A stretch of DNA of 64,000 bases from the NCBI GenBank assembly GCA_023399095.1, contig JAEWQS010000134.1:24399-88398 (forward strand), in the 5' to 3' direction. A model generated the notes under the pieces. That model was given only the letters and a program-made list of their open reading frames with translations. It ran no database searches and had not been told where the DNA came from. The first letter of the stretch is position 1, and every line of letters starts with the position of its first letter. Of this stretch, positions 42,611 to 50,767 are shown piece after piece. The DNA comes from Bacillota bacterium. Its GTDB lineage: Bacteria > Bacillota > Clostridia > Christensenellales > SZUA-584. Made by a program: the position numbers and the translations under genes.

Positions 42611-43091
42611 TGCTACCTCCTAAAAATCTACAGCACGAGTATTCTAACATGCGGACATGCAAAAAGCAAGCATAAAATACGCATATATAAGCCATTTTAG
42701 GGCACATTTATTGTTGCCTACTTACGTCAATTTTGCCCGGATTATTAAGCTTTATATCGTTTGCTTTTACCCTAATAATCGGGAGCCGGATACGGTCAAG
42801 CCGATCGCTCCCGCTCTCACACTCGCCCCTTTCAGTGGTGTTTGTGCTGTTATCTTTTCCAGCTCCTGCTTTGTATATGCTGCCTGTATAGACGTTTTCA
42901 AACCGGGTCTATCTGAAATGTTAACATAAATGCGACATTTTTTAATTTCAATGGATTGTATGTTTAGTATCAATACATTATAATTTTTAAAGAATAAGAG
43001 AGTCAGAACCAAATTGAGGCAATCTTAAAAAGTTGACCTCAACAAAGCTTTTGATCCGTTAAATTCCGGCATTGCCTGAGGAGGTATCTCG

Positions 43092-44429
43092 TTGAACGAC
43101 AGCAGCTCGGTCTTGGGGCAGGTTTTATTACAGGTATTACTCATTCTCATCAACGCGCTTTTCGCGTGTGCGGAAATAGCCATCATATCCATGAATGACA
43201 ACAAAATTGTCAAGATGGCCGCAGCGGGAGACAAGCGTGCCATTCGGTTATCCAAGCTCACTGCCCAGCCAGCTCATTTCCTCGCAACGATTCAGATCGG
43301 CATCACGCTTGTGAACCTGCTGGGCAGCGCCTTTGCCGCTCAGAACTTTTCTGACAGGTTGGCAAGCGCATTGGAGGGCATTGGCCTTTCCATACCGGTT
43401 CCTGTGCTAAGCACGTTATCAGTCATTATCATCACGCTACTCCTCACATATTTTACGGTCACACTCGGCGAACTGGTGCCAAAGCGTATCGGCATGAAAA
43501 AGGCGGAGAAGCTTGCCCTCTCACTCTCCCTGCTTGTTTATGTGATCTCCAAGATATTTGCGCCCGTTGTATGGCTGCTCACGGTGTCCGCCAACGGCAT
43601 TCTGCGGCTTTTCGGTATGAACCCGCATGGAGAGGATGAGCAGATCACCGAGGAAGAAATACGCATGATGGTGGATGCAGGCAGCGAGAAGGGCGCGATA
43701 CAGCCGGACGAAAAGGACATGATACAAAACGTATTCGAGTTCAACGATATTTCCGCAGATGAAATCATGACACACCGTACGGAGGTTTCGCTGCTGTGGC
43801 TTGATGAATCCGACGAGCAATGGGAGCAGACAATCAACCAAAGCCGTCATTCCATATACCCCATCTGTTCGGACAGCCCCGACAATATTGTGGGTGTCCT
43901 TTACGCCAAGGACTACTTCCGGCTGGGTAATAAAAACCGTCAGACCATGATGGAAAGCGCCGTTAAGCCTGCTTATTTTGTGCCGGAGACGGTGCGCGCC
44001 GATGTGCTGTTCCGCAACATGAAAAAGAGCCGAAAACATTTCGCCGTGGTGCTGGACGAGCATGGCGGCATGAGCGGTATCATCACAATGTACGATCTGC
44101 TTGAACAGCTCGTGGGAGATCTTGAGGACGATATAGCCATGCCTGCCGAATTGCCGATAATCGAACGAATCGATTCAAAAACGTGGCGTATTCACGGGGC
44201 AGCGCCGCTCGATAAGGTATCCAAACAGCTGGGTGTCATCCTCCCTGAAAACGAATACGATACCTTTGGCGGTCTCGTGTTCGGCATGCTTGGCACCATA
44301 CCTGACGACGGCAGCACACCCGAGCTTGAAGAATTCGGTCTCAATATCAAAGTAAAAACTGTCAAGGATCATCGACTGGAAAGCGCCGTTGTTTATTTAA
44401 ACGAGAATCCGAAAAACGGAAAAGTATGA
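43092..44429 (+). CDS. CNNM/DUF21-CBS-CorC_HlyC family (hemolysin-like) membrane protein
   Basis: The protein is 445 aa with a TTG start after GAGGAGG. It has an N-terminal DUF21 membrane domain, a CBS pair and a CorC/HlyC C-terminal domain. Confidence 0.85.
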   Translation: MNDSSSVLGQVLLQVLLILINALFACAEIAIISMNDNKIVKMAAAGDKRAIRLSKLTAQPAHFLATIQIGITLVNLLGSAFAAQNFSDRLASALEGIGLSIPVPVLSTLSVIIITLLLTYFTVTLGELVPKRIGMKKAEKLALSLSLLVYVISKIFAPVVWLLTVSANGILRLFGMNPHGEDEQITEEEIRMMVDAGSEKGAIQPDEKDMIQNVFEFNDISADEIMTHRTEVSLLWLDESDEQWEQTINQSRHSIYPICSDSPDNIVGVLYAKDYFRLGNKNRQTMMESAVKPAYFVPETVRADVLFRNMKKSRKHFAVVLDEHGGMSGIITMYDLLEQLVGDLEDDIAMPAELPIIERIDSKTWRIHGAAPLDKVSKQLGVILPENEYDTFGGLVFGMLGTIPDDGSTPELEEFGLNIKVKTVKDHRLESAVVYLNENPKNGKV

Positions 44430-44438
44430 GGACTCTTA

Positions 44439-44789
44439 TTATCCATTAAAAAGCTTTGCAATATAAGGAATGAAAACGATGAGGCCAACAGCGGCGGAAA
44501 ACGCACAAACCGCAAGCGAAGCGCCCGCAGCTGCATCCTTTGCTTTTTTGGCAAGCGGATTGCGGCCCTTTGCCGCAAGATCTACCGCAGCTTCCACCGC
44601 CATATTAATAATCTCCATACCCAGAACCATACCGCAGCAAATCAGCACAGCCAGCCATTCATAGTGCGTTATCTCAAAAATCACGCCTGCCGCCACCACA
44701 AACATGAAAAAAGCCAGCATGAAGCGAAAATTATGCTCGGTGCGGATGGCCTCTACGATACCCTGAAATGCAAACTTAAAACTTCGCAG
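44439..44789 (-). CDS. dgkA: diacylglycerol/undecaprenol kinase (DagK family); the N-terminus and start codon are uncertain
   Basis: The track ORF starts at ATG 44720. The in-frame upstream codons encode the conserved LRSFKFAFQGIVEAIRTEHNFRF, with no ATG/GTG/TTG before an in-frame TGA. GAGGAG precedes a CTG at 44789. Confidence 0.6.
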   Translation of the reverse strand: MRSFKFAFQGIVEAIRTEHNFRFMLAFFMFVVAAGVIFEITHYEWLAVLICCGMVLGMEIINMAVEAAVDLAAKGRNPLAKKAKDAAAGASLAVCAFSAAVGLIVFIPYIAKLFNG

Positions 44790-44867
44790 ATGTGTGCACG
44801 CTCCTCTTCACATGATACCAATAGTAGTATATGAAGAAAAACGCTTACTACCATCTCAAATTTTAAA

Positions 44868-45143
44868 TTATAATAGGATAAGCTTAAGTACAAACAGTAA
44901 TATGATCCCCGGCAGGCCAAAATAACCTGCAATCAGGGCGCTTAGCGGGTTGATTGCGATTGTCACGTTGAAAATTCCGCCGATGAGATTGATAATCACA
45001 AGAAAAAGAGCGCCCAAAAGGCCGCTCACAATGAACTTCATGATAAATTTCAAAGGGGCAAGCAGCAGCCATCCCGTAAAATAGAGGAGCACGAGTCCCA
45101 GTCCAAAGAAAAGCACTATTGAGAAATCTATGCCCAGCCCCAT
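44868..45143 (-). CDS. bofA: BofA-family pro-sigmaK processing inhibitor
   Basis: The protein is 91 aa and hydrophobic. The sequence ...LLAPLKFIMKFIVSGLLGALFLVIINLIGGIFNVTIAINPLSALIAGYFGLPGIILL is BofA-like. Confidence 0.7.
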   Translation of the reverse strand: MGLGIDFSIVLFFGLGLVLLYFTGWLLLAPLKFIMKFIVSGLLGALFLVIINLIGGIFNVTIAINPLSALIAGYFGLPGIILLFVLKLILL

Positions 45144-45200
45144 CGCCTTGCCCCCTAAAACAGCAGAGTATCAATTCATACTATGCTGCGGGAGTCTATG

Positions 45201-46118
45201 CTATTCCGCCGCGATGCCAAACTCCTCCTGGCCGAGTATTACCGCGCCGCCGTCAAACATGCACGCCATATGCCTTTTGCTCTCCCCATTATCTGTGATA
45301 ACCTGCTCGTTTTCACCATTTATATCCGCATTGCAGCAGACCCATTTACCGTCAATCTCACGGGTGTAGAACATGCCGTATAGGTTGATATTAAAACCGC
45401 TGCACGTATAAGGAACCACCGTCTCAGGACTCGGTTCGTCCGCTGTCACACGTTTTATGTTGCCATCAGCGCTGTCGATATAATAGAAGACACCTTCGAG
45501 TATAGAAAACTGCTTCACATCAAAATCGAAAAGCATTTCAGCGTCCGATCCGTCCGTGTTCGCCTGCCAGATCTGCCCCGTGGCGCTGTCGATATAGAAA
45601 AGCTTGTTTTCGTATACGGTTAGGCATGACGCGCCTTCAATGGGTGTGAAGTCCACGGCTTCGCCGTTTGCAGACGCGCTCTTGATCGCACCGTCTTCAA
45701 TATAGAACATCTTCCCCCCAGATATCTGAAGCTGCTCAGCATTGCCCTCAAGCAAAAGCTCGGGCTTGAATGTGTCCATCGGCGCACGGTAGATACCGTC
45801 CTCCTTGCAGTAGTACAGGCTATCCTCATAGATGCTCAAATAAAGGCCGCCATCATGCATGGCGAGGCTGTTGTCTCCCGTTTTGGGATTGGATTTGATG
45901 ATATCGCCCGCTTCATAGGTGTCTCCGCTTGTGAAATAGAAATACAAATCCTCGTCTTGCTTCACGGCAAATCCAAGGTTTTGTATATTACCCGCCGTCG
46001 TTCCGTTGATCAGCGTCGGCTTTAATGACTCCACAGAGCCAAACATCGAGCATCCGCCAAGCGCCGACACGGCAAGCGCCACGGCCAATACGACGAGCGC
46101 CTTTTTGAATCTTCGCAT
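45201..46118 (-). CDS. lipoprotein with DUF5050-like beta-propeller repeats
   Basis: I trimmed it to ATG 46118 (MRRFKKALVVLAVALAVSALGGC lipobox). It has repeated ..LYY/FYYID.. blades. Confidence 0.55.
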   Translation of the reverse strand: MRRFKKALVVLAVALAVSALGGCSMFGSVESLKPTLINGTTAGNIQNLGFAVKQDEDLYFYFTSGDTYEAGDIIKSNPKTGDNSLAMHDGGLYLSIYEDSLYYCKEDGIYRAPMDTFKPELLLEGNAEQLQISGGKMFYIEDGAIKSASANGEAVDFTPIEGASCLTVYENKLFYIDSATGQIWQANTDGSDAEMLFDFDVKQFSILEGVFYYIDSADGNIKRVTADEPSPETVVPYTCSGFNINLYGMFYTREIDGKWVCCNADINGENEQVITDNGESKRHMACMFDGGAVILGQEEFGIAAE

Positions 46119-46204
46119 TATTCCCTCCAACGACACATTTCGATCGTGTGATAATAAAAATCCGGCATTCGCAGTCAGCAAACGCCGGACTTATCATTAA
46201 TCGT

Positions 46205-47134
46205 TCACGCTTTGCCTGCGCAGCCGAGCACAACTTCGATCTTGTGCTTCACCATGTCTTTGATCGCGCTGCGCGCCGGTTTGAGATACTGTCTCGGGTC
46301 GAAGTGAGACGGATTCTCGGCAAAGTACTTTCTGACTGTGCCTGTCATCGCAAGACGCAGGTCGGAATCGATGTTGATCTTGCAGACCGCGCTTCTGGCC
46401 GCCTGACGCAGCATTTCTTCAGGAACGCCCTGTGCGCCCGGCATGTCGCCGCCGAACTTGTTGATCATTTCCACGAACTCGGGGATAACCGACGACGCAC
46501 CGTGCAGCACGATCGGGAAACCGGGCAGCTTCTTCGTGATCTCTTCAAGTATGTCAAAACGTAACACGGGCTCACCCTTAAACTTAAACGCGCCGTGACT
46601 TGTACCGATCGCGATGGCCAGAGAATCCACGCCTGTTTTGCTCACGAACTCTTCAACTTCCTCAGGACGGGTATAGGACGAATCCTCCGCCGATACCTTG
46701 ATATCGTCTTCAACGCCCGCAAGACGGCCAAGCTCGGCTTCCACGACCACGCCGTGATCGTGCGCGTATTCCACAACCTTCTTGGTGACCGCGATGTTTT
46801 CCTCGAAGGAATGGTGAGAGCCGTCGATCATGACCGATGTGAAACCGCCGTCAATGCAATCCTTGCAGGTTTCGAATGTATCGCCGTGGTCAAGGTGCAG
46901 ACAGATCGGAAGCCCTGTATCTTCAAGCGCCGCTTCGACGAGCTTTCTCAAATAGATCGGGTTGGCATAGGACCTGGCGCCTTTGGAGACCTGAAGAATC
47001 AGCGGGGCACTCAATTCCTTGGCCGCCTCAGTGATACCCTGAACGATTTCCATGTTGTTCACGTTGAACGCGCCGATGGCGTAGCCGCCGTCATAAGCTT
47101 TCTTGAACATGTCTGTTGATGTTACCAATGGCAT
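46205..47134 (-). CDS. fba: class II fructose-1,6-bisphosphate aldolase
   Basis: I trimmed it to ATG 47134. It contains MPLVTSTDMFKKAYDGGYAIGAFNVNNME, LHLDHG, MIDGSH and IGTSHGAFK. Confidence 0.92.
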   Translation of the reverse strand: MPLVTSTDMFKKAYDGGYAIGAFNVNNMEIVQGITEAAKELSAPLILQVSKGARSYANPIYLRKLVEAALEDTGLPICLHLDHGDTFETCKDCIDGGFTSVMIDGSHHSFEENIAVTKKVVEYAHDHGVVVEAELGRLAGVEDDIKVSAEDSSYTRPEEVEEFVSKTGVDSLAIAIGTSHGAFKFKGEPVLRFDILEEITKKLPGFPIVLHGASSVIPEFVEMINKFGGDMPGAQGVPEEMLRQAARSAVCKINIDSDLRLAMTGTVRKYFAENPSHFDPRQYLKPARSAIKDMVKHKIEVVLGCAGKA

Positions 47135-47410
47135 ATTTATATCCTCCTCTAAAATAATTGTAAACCGCAAAATATTCCTCTATTAAGGTATTATATATTA
47201 AATCGATGGTTAATAAAAGAAAAAAATACTGCGAGGCTGCAAATTTCGCCGGCGAAAAAAGCATACAATACCGAATTGATCTTGTCTGCGTTATGAGAAT
47301 GCGAAGCAATGCATGCAATGTAAGTCAATTATTTTATTTATTTCTATATTCGCATAGCACTTTTGCTCTTCTGAAACGTCTTACAGGTGAATAAAACAAA
47401 TGGAGAAAAA

Positions 47411-47596
47411 ATGGCAGATGATATTATTAAAGATAGTGTACTTTCATTGTTTAATCCGTTTCAGACAGACTTTGAATATGTGCTATCGCAGATCGTTTAT
47501 GTCGCGGTGGCGGTCACCATCGTGATCGGATGTGTGTGCTTGAGCATCTTTCTTGTGAAAAAAATCGTCACTCAACTAAAACGACACCCAAAGTAA
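47411..47596 (+). CDS. small membrane protein (61 aa)
   Basis: ATG 47411 follows GGAGAAAAA. The protein has a single TM helix VYVAVAVTIVIGCVCLSIFLV. Confidence 0.35.
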   Translation: MADDIIKDSVLSLFNPFQTDFEYVLSQIVYVAVAVTIVIGCVCLSIFLVKKIVTQLKRHPK

Positions 47597-47671
47597 TTAA
47601 ACATGCTCCACCACCAATTGCCTCCCTGACGGCTATCCTTTATAATGGCTCTTGGGGAGGCGTTGTTTTTT

Positions 47672-48082
47672 ATGCTGAATGTGATTGTGGTGGATGCCCA
47701 AGGCGGCGGCCTTGGCGCGGCCATCGTCAAAAGGCTTGTCGAGAAATACGGTGAGCGAGTCCATCTGACCGCGGCCGGCACCAACGTGGCGGCGACGGCA
47801 GCGATGAATAAGGCAGGCGCGAAAAGCTGCGCGACGGGCGAAAACGCCGTCTGCTTCAACGCCAAGAGCGCCGACGTGATTATCGGCGGCATTGGCATCA
47901 TCGCGGCGAGCGGCATGCTGGGCGAAATTACGCCGCGCATGGCGCGCACCATTGCCGAGAGCAGCGCCAAAAAGATACTCATCCCCTTATCGCGCTGCAA
48001 CATCATCATTCCCGGCTTCGCGGAGCAGAGCGCGAAGGTGCTTATCGACCTCGCCGTGGATGAAATTGAATCACTACTCTAG
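47672..48082 (+). CDS. DUF3842-family protein
   Basis: The sequence MLNVIVVDAQGGGLGAAIVKRLVEKYG...AAGTNVAATAAMNKAGA matches the DUF3842 pattern from memory. I trimmed it from track start 47645. Confidence 0.6.
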   Translation: MLNVIVVDAQGGGLGAAIVKRLVEKYGERVHLTAAGTNVAATAAMNKAGAKSCATGENAVCFNAKSADVIIGGIGIIAASGMLGEITPRMARTIAESSAKKILIPLSRCNIIIPGFAEQSAKVLIDLAVDEIESLL

Positions 48083-48871
48083 GGAAGAGATTTTTGTTTT
48101 GCTCAGTATATCTTTATCACATATGTCCACCGCGTCAGTATTCGGCGCAATGACGTAAAGCATCACCGTGCAGTCATAATCCTCAAGGTATTTGATATAC
48201 AGCCTGCCATGCAGTGTGGTGACAGCGAAATCCTCATCCACCGACGTCATGGGCGGGCCATATTGCAGATACGCCGTTTTGTCCTCTTTATACTGATGCG
48301 CCACGCCGTTTGTGGTGATCGACGCGTCAATGCGCGTCCATCCGTCGCTGCCCGCGTATGAAACGTCCGTTTGCTGCTCGAATTCATCCACACCAAACAC
48401 AATATCATCACAGCCAAAGCCCGCCAGCACAAGCTGTGTGTAGTCATACTTCACCGCTTGCGTGATCTCATCCCTATCCACATCACCGTCGTCCGTCAAT
48501 CCAAAAGCACCGTCATTTTGGTGCAGCACGTACGCGCCATAGAACGCGCAGTATTTATCGCTGTCTGAATCATAGAACGACGATGTGCGCGTGGCAGTAT
48601 CAAACGCGCCAAAGTTGTACAGGATCGACATGACCGAGTCGATGCCCGACCATACTGAAAAATCGTCCGCGTTGTACGTCATCACGAACGGAGACCAGCC
48701 CTGCCCCGACGGAATATCGAGCGAGAAGCCCTGCTGCTTGAGTACGCTTTCATTGCCGTGCTGCCCCGAATACACGCTCATCACGATCAGACTGCGCAGC
48801 GGATAGAAGAACCAGAATATGAGCGCCGCCGCAAGCAGCAACACAGCAAGCACGATCAGTTTCTTTTTCAT
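48074..48871 (-). CDS. membrane-anchored hypothetical protein (265 aa)
   Basis: I trimmed the track ORF (..49216) to ATG 48871 (MKKKLIVLAVLLLAAALIFWFF). The longer form would run antisense through mnmA. Confidence 0.5.
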   Translation of the reverse strand: MKKKLIVLAVLLLAAALIFWFFYPLRSLIVMSVYSGQHGNESVLKQQGFSLDIPSGQGWSPFVMTYNADDFSVWSGIDSVMSILYNFGAFDTATRTSSFYDSDSDKYCAFYGAYVLHQNDGAFGLTDDGDVDRDEITQAVKYDYTQLVLAGFGCDDIVFGVDEFEQQTDVSYAGSDGWTRIDASITTNGVAHQYKEDKTAYLQYGPPMTSVDEDFAVTTLHGRLYIKYLEDYDCTVMLYVIAPNTDAVDICDKDILSKTKISSLE

Positions 48872-48964
48872 ATGGTCAGTATAGCATAAGCAGTGCGCCT
48901 GTCCACAAGCGCTTGCAAATCTGCCATGGCGGGCGGTATAATGTAGCAATATCGGAGGCTTATT

Positions 48965-50050
48965 GTGAGAGAGAATCAGAAGATTCGCGTGGTTTGCGGC
49001 ATGTCGGGCGGTGTGGATTCCGCCGTGGCGGCGCATTTGCTTAAAAAGCAGGGCTATGACGTGATCGGCGTGTTCATGAAAAACTGGCAGGATGACGGCA
49101 AGGGCTGCAGTGCCGTGCAGGATTTTGATGATGTGAAAAGCGTCTGTACCGCCATCGATATCCCGTATTACACGGTCAATTTCGAGCAGCAGTATTACGA
49201 TCGCGTTTTCACGCACTTTCTAAATGAATACAAGCGCGGACGCACGCCCAATCCGGACGTGCTCTGCAATTCTGAAATCAAGTTCGCAGCGTTTCTGGAT
49301 CATGCTAAAATGCTTGGCGCACAAATGATCGCCACGGGGCACTATGCGCACACCAAAGGTGACGGGCATCTGTACAAATCGGCGGACACCGGCAAAGATC
49401 AGACGTATTTCTTGTGCATGCTGAGCCACGCACAGGTGCAAAGCGCGATGTTCCCGCTGGGCGACATACAAAAAAGCGAGGTGCGCGATATCGCGTCGTC
49501 GCTGAATTTAAAGGTCGCGCAGAAGAAGGATTCCACCGGCATCTGCTTTATCGGTGAACGCAAATTCCGCGACTTTCTCTCGGGCTTTCTGCCTGCGCAG
49601 CCGGGCGATATCAAGACGCCTGACGGCAAAGTCGTCGGCAAGCATCAGGGTGTGATGTATTACACACTGGGTCAGAGACGCGGTCTCGGCATCGGCGGTC
49701 GCGAGGACGCCAAGGACACGCGTTGGTTTGTGATCGACAAGGACGTGGCGGCAAACACGCTGATCGTGGCGCAGGGCGAGGACGGCGGCGAGCCGGACGC
49801 GCTGTATTCAAAGGCGCTATTCGCACCGGACTTTCATTTCATCAACGAAGCGCCGGGCGATGCGTTTTCCTGCACGGCCAAGTTCCGCTATCGACAGAGC
49901 GACCAGCAGGTGCATGTCGCGCTCAAAGACGGCGGGGCGCATATCGAGTTTGACCAGCGTCAGCGTGCCGTGACACCGGGACAGTATGCGGTGCTCTACT
50001 TAGGCGACGAATGCTTGGGCGGCGGCGTGATCGATAAAGTTTTTTATTAG
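48965..50050 (+). CDS. mnmA: tRNA 2-thiouridine(34) synthase MnmA
   Basis: The protein is 361 aa with a GTG start. It has the PP-loop CGMSGGVDSAVAA and KDQTYFL. Confidence 0.92.
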   Translation: MRENQKIRVVCGMSGGVDSAVAAHLLKKQGYDVIGVFMKNWQDDGKGCSAVQDFDDVKSVCTAIDIPYYTVNFEQQYYDRVFTHFLNEYKRGRTPNPDVLCNSEIKFAAFLDHAKMLGAQMIATGHYAHTKGDGHLYKSADTGKDQTYFLCMLSHAQVQSAMFPLGDIQKSEVRDIASSLNLKVAQKKDSTGICFIGERKFRDFLSGFLPAQPGDIKTPDGKVVGKHQGVMYYTLGQRRGLGIGGREDAKDTRWFVIDKDVAANTLIVAQGEDGGEPDALYSKALFAPDFHFINEAPGDAFSCTAKFRYRQSDQQVHVALKDGGAHIEFDQRQRAVTPGQYAVLYLGDECLGGGVIDKVFY

Positions 50051-50056
50051 GAGCAT

Positions 50057-50740
50057 ATGATGACTTATATTCCATCCGGCGAAGACGAAATTCGTTTCTT
50101 GAAAGGCTACGATGCCACCAAATATCAAAACCCCGGCTTTGCGGCAGACACTGCGCTTTTCGCAGTGGGCGACGATGCGCTGCAGCTTCTGCTCATTAAG
50201 CGCGGCAGCTACCCCTACAAGGGATGCTGGGCGCTGCCCGGCGGTTTTGTGGACATTGACGAAGACATTGAAGTTGCCGCAGACCGCGAGCTCATGGAGG
50301 AGACAGGGCTTTCGGGGCTGTATCTTGAGCAGGTGTTCACATGGGGCCGGCCCGACCGAGACCCGCGCTACCGCACCATCACGGCGAGCCATGTCGCGAT
50401 GGCGGACGCATCGGCACTGAAGCCCGTCGCGGGCGATGATGCCGCTGAAGCAGGCTGGTTCACGCTTTCGGATTACACGGTTGAAAAAGCAGGCGGCGAA
50501 ACGCGCATCAGCTACACGCTGCGCGGTTGCGAAGAGATGCATCCCGTCGTGGCGTTCCCCACCGAACAGATACAGAAAATTTATCCCATTGATAGCGCGG
50601 GGCTGGCGTTTGACCACGCCGAGTCCATCGCCTATTCATATGAATATTTGAAAAAGCGCGCACAGGAAGGCTTTCTCGACCTGGCGTTCAAGGACGAGGC
50701 GATTAAGGCGCGCGCAAGAAAGCTGCTGCTTGGCAGGTAG
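50057..50740 (+). CDS. NUDIX hydrolase (ADP-ribose pyrophosphatase / NrtR-like)
   Basis: The Nudix box GGFVDIDEDIEVAADRELMEETG is present. The C-terminal part contains AFDHAESIAY. Confidence 0.8.
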   Translation: MMTYIPSGEDEIRFLKGYDATKYQNPGFAADTALFAVGDDALQLLLIKRGSYPYKGCWALPGGFVDIDEDIEVAADRELMEETGLSGLYLEQVFTWGRPDRDPRYRTITASHVAMADASALKPVAGDDAAEAGWFTLSDYTVEKAGGETRISYTLRGCEEMHPVVAFPTEQIQKIYPIDSAGLAFDHAESIAYSYEYLKKRAQEGFLDLAFKDEAIKARARKLLLGR

Positions 50741-50767
50741 AATGGAAAGAAACAAATATACTATGCT

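Noticed and set aside
42775-42905. Resemblance of the GC-richer patch to M-box or glycine riboswitch fragments (GCTGCC..AGACG..GGGTC; CACCACTGAAAGGGGCGAG).
   Set aside because: Hallmark segments are absent on both strands: GUUAGGUGAGGC for the M-box, and GGAGAG...CACCGAAGGGGCAA pairs for the glycine riboswitch. The similarity is patchy, so no riboswitch class is called.
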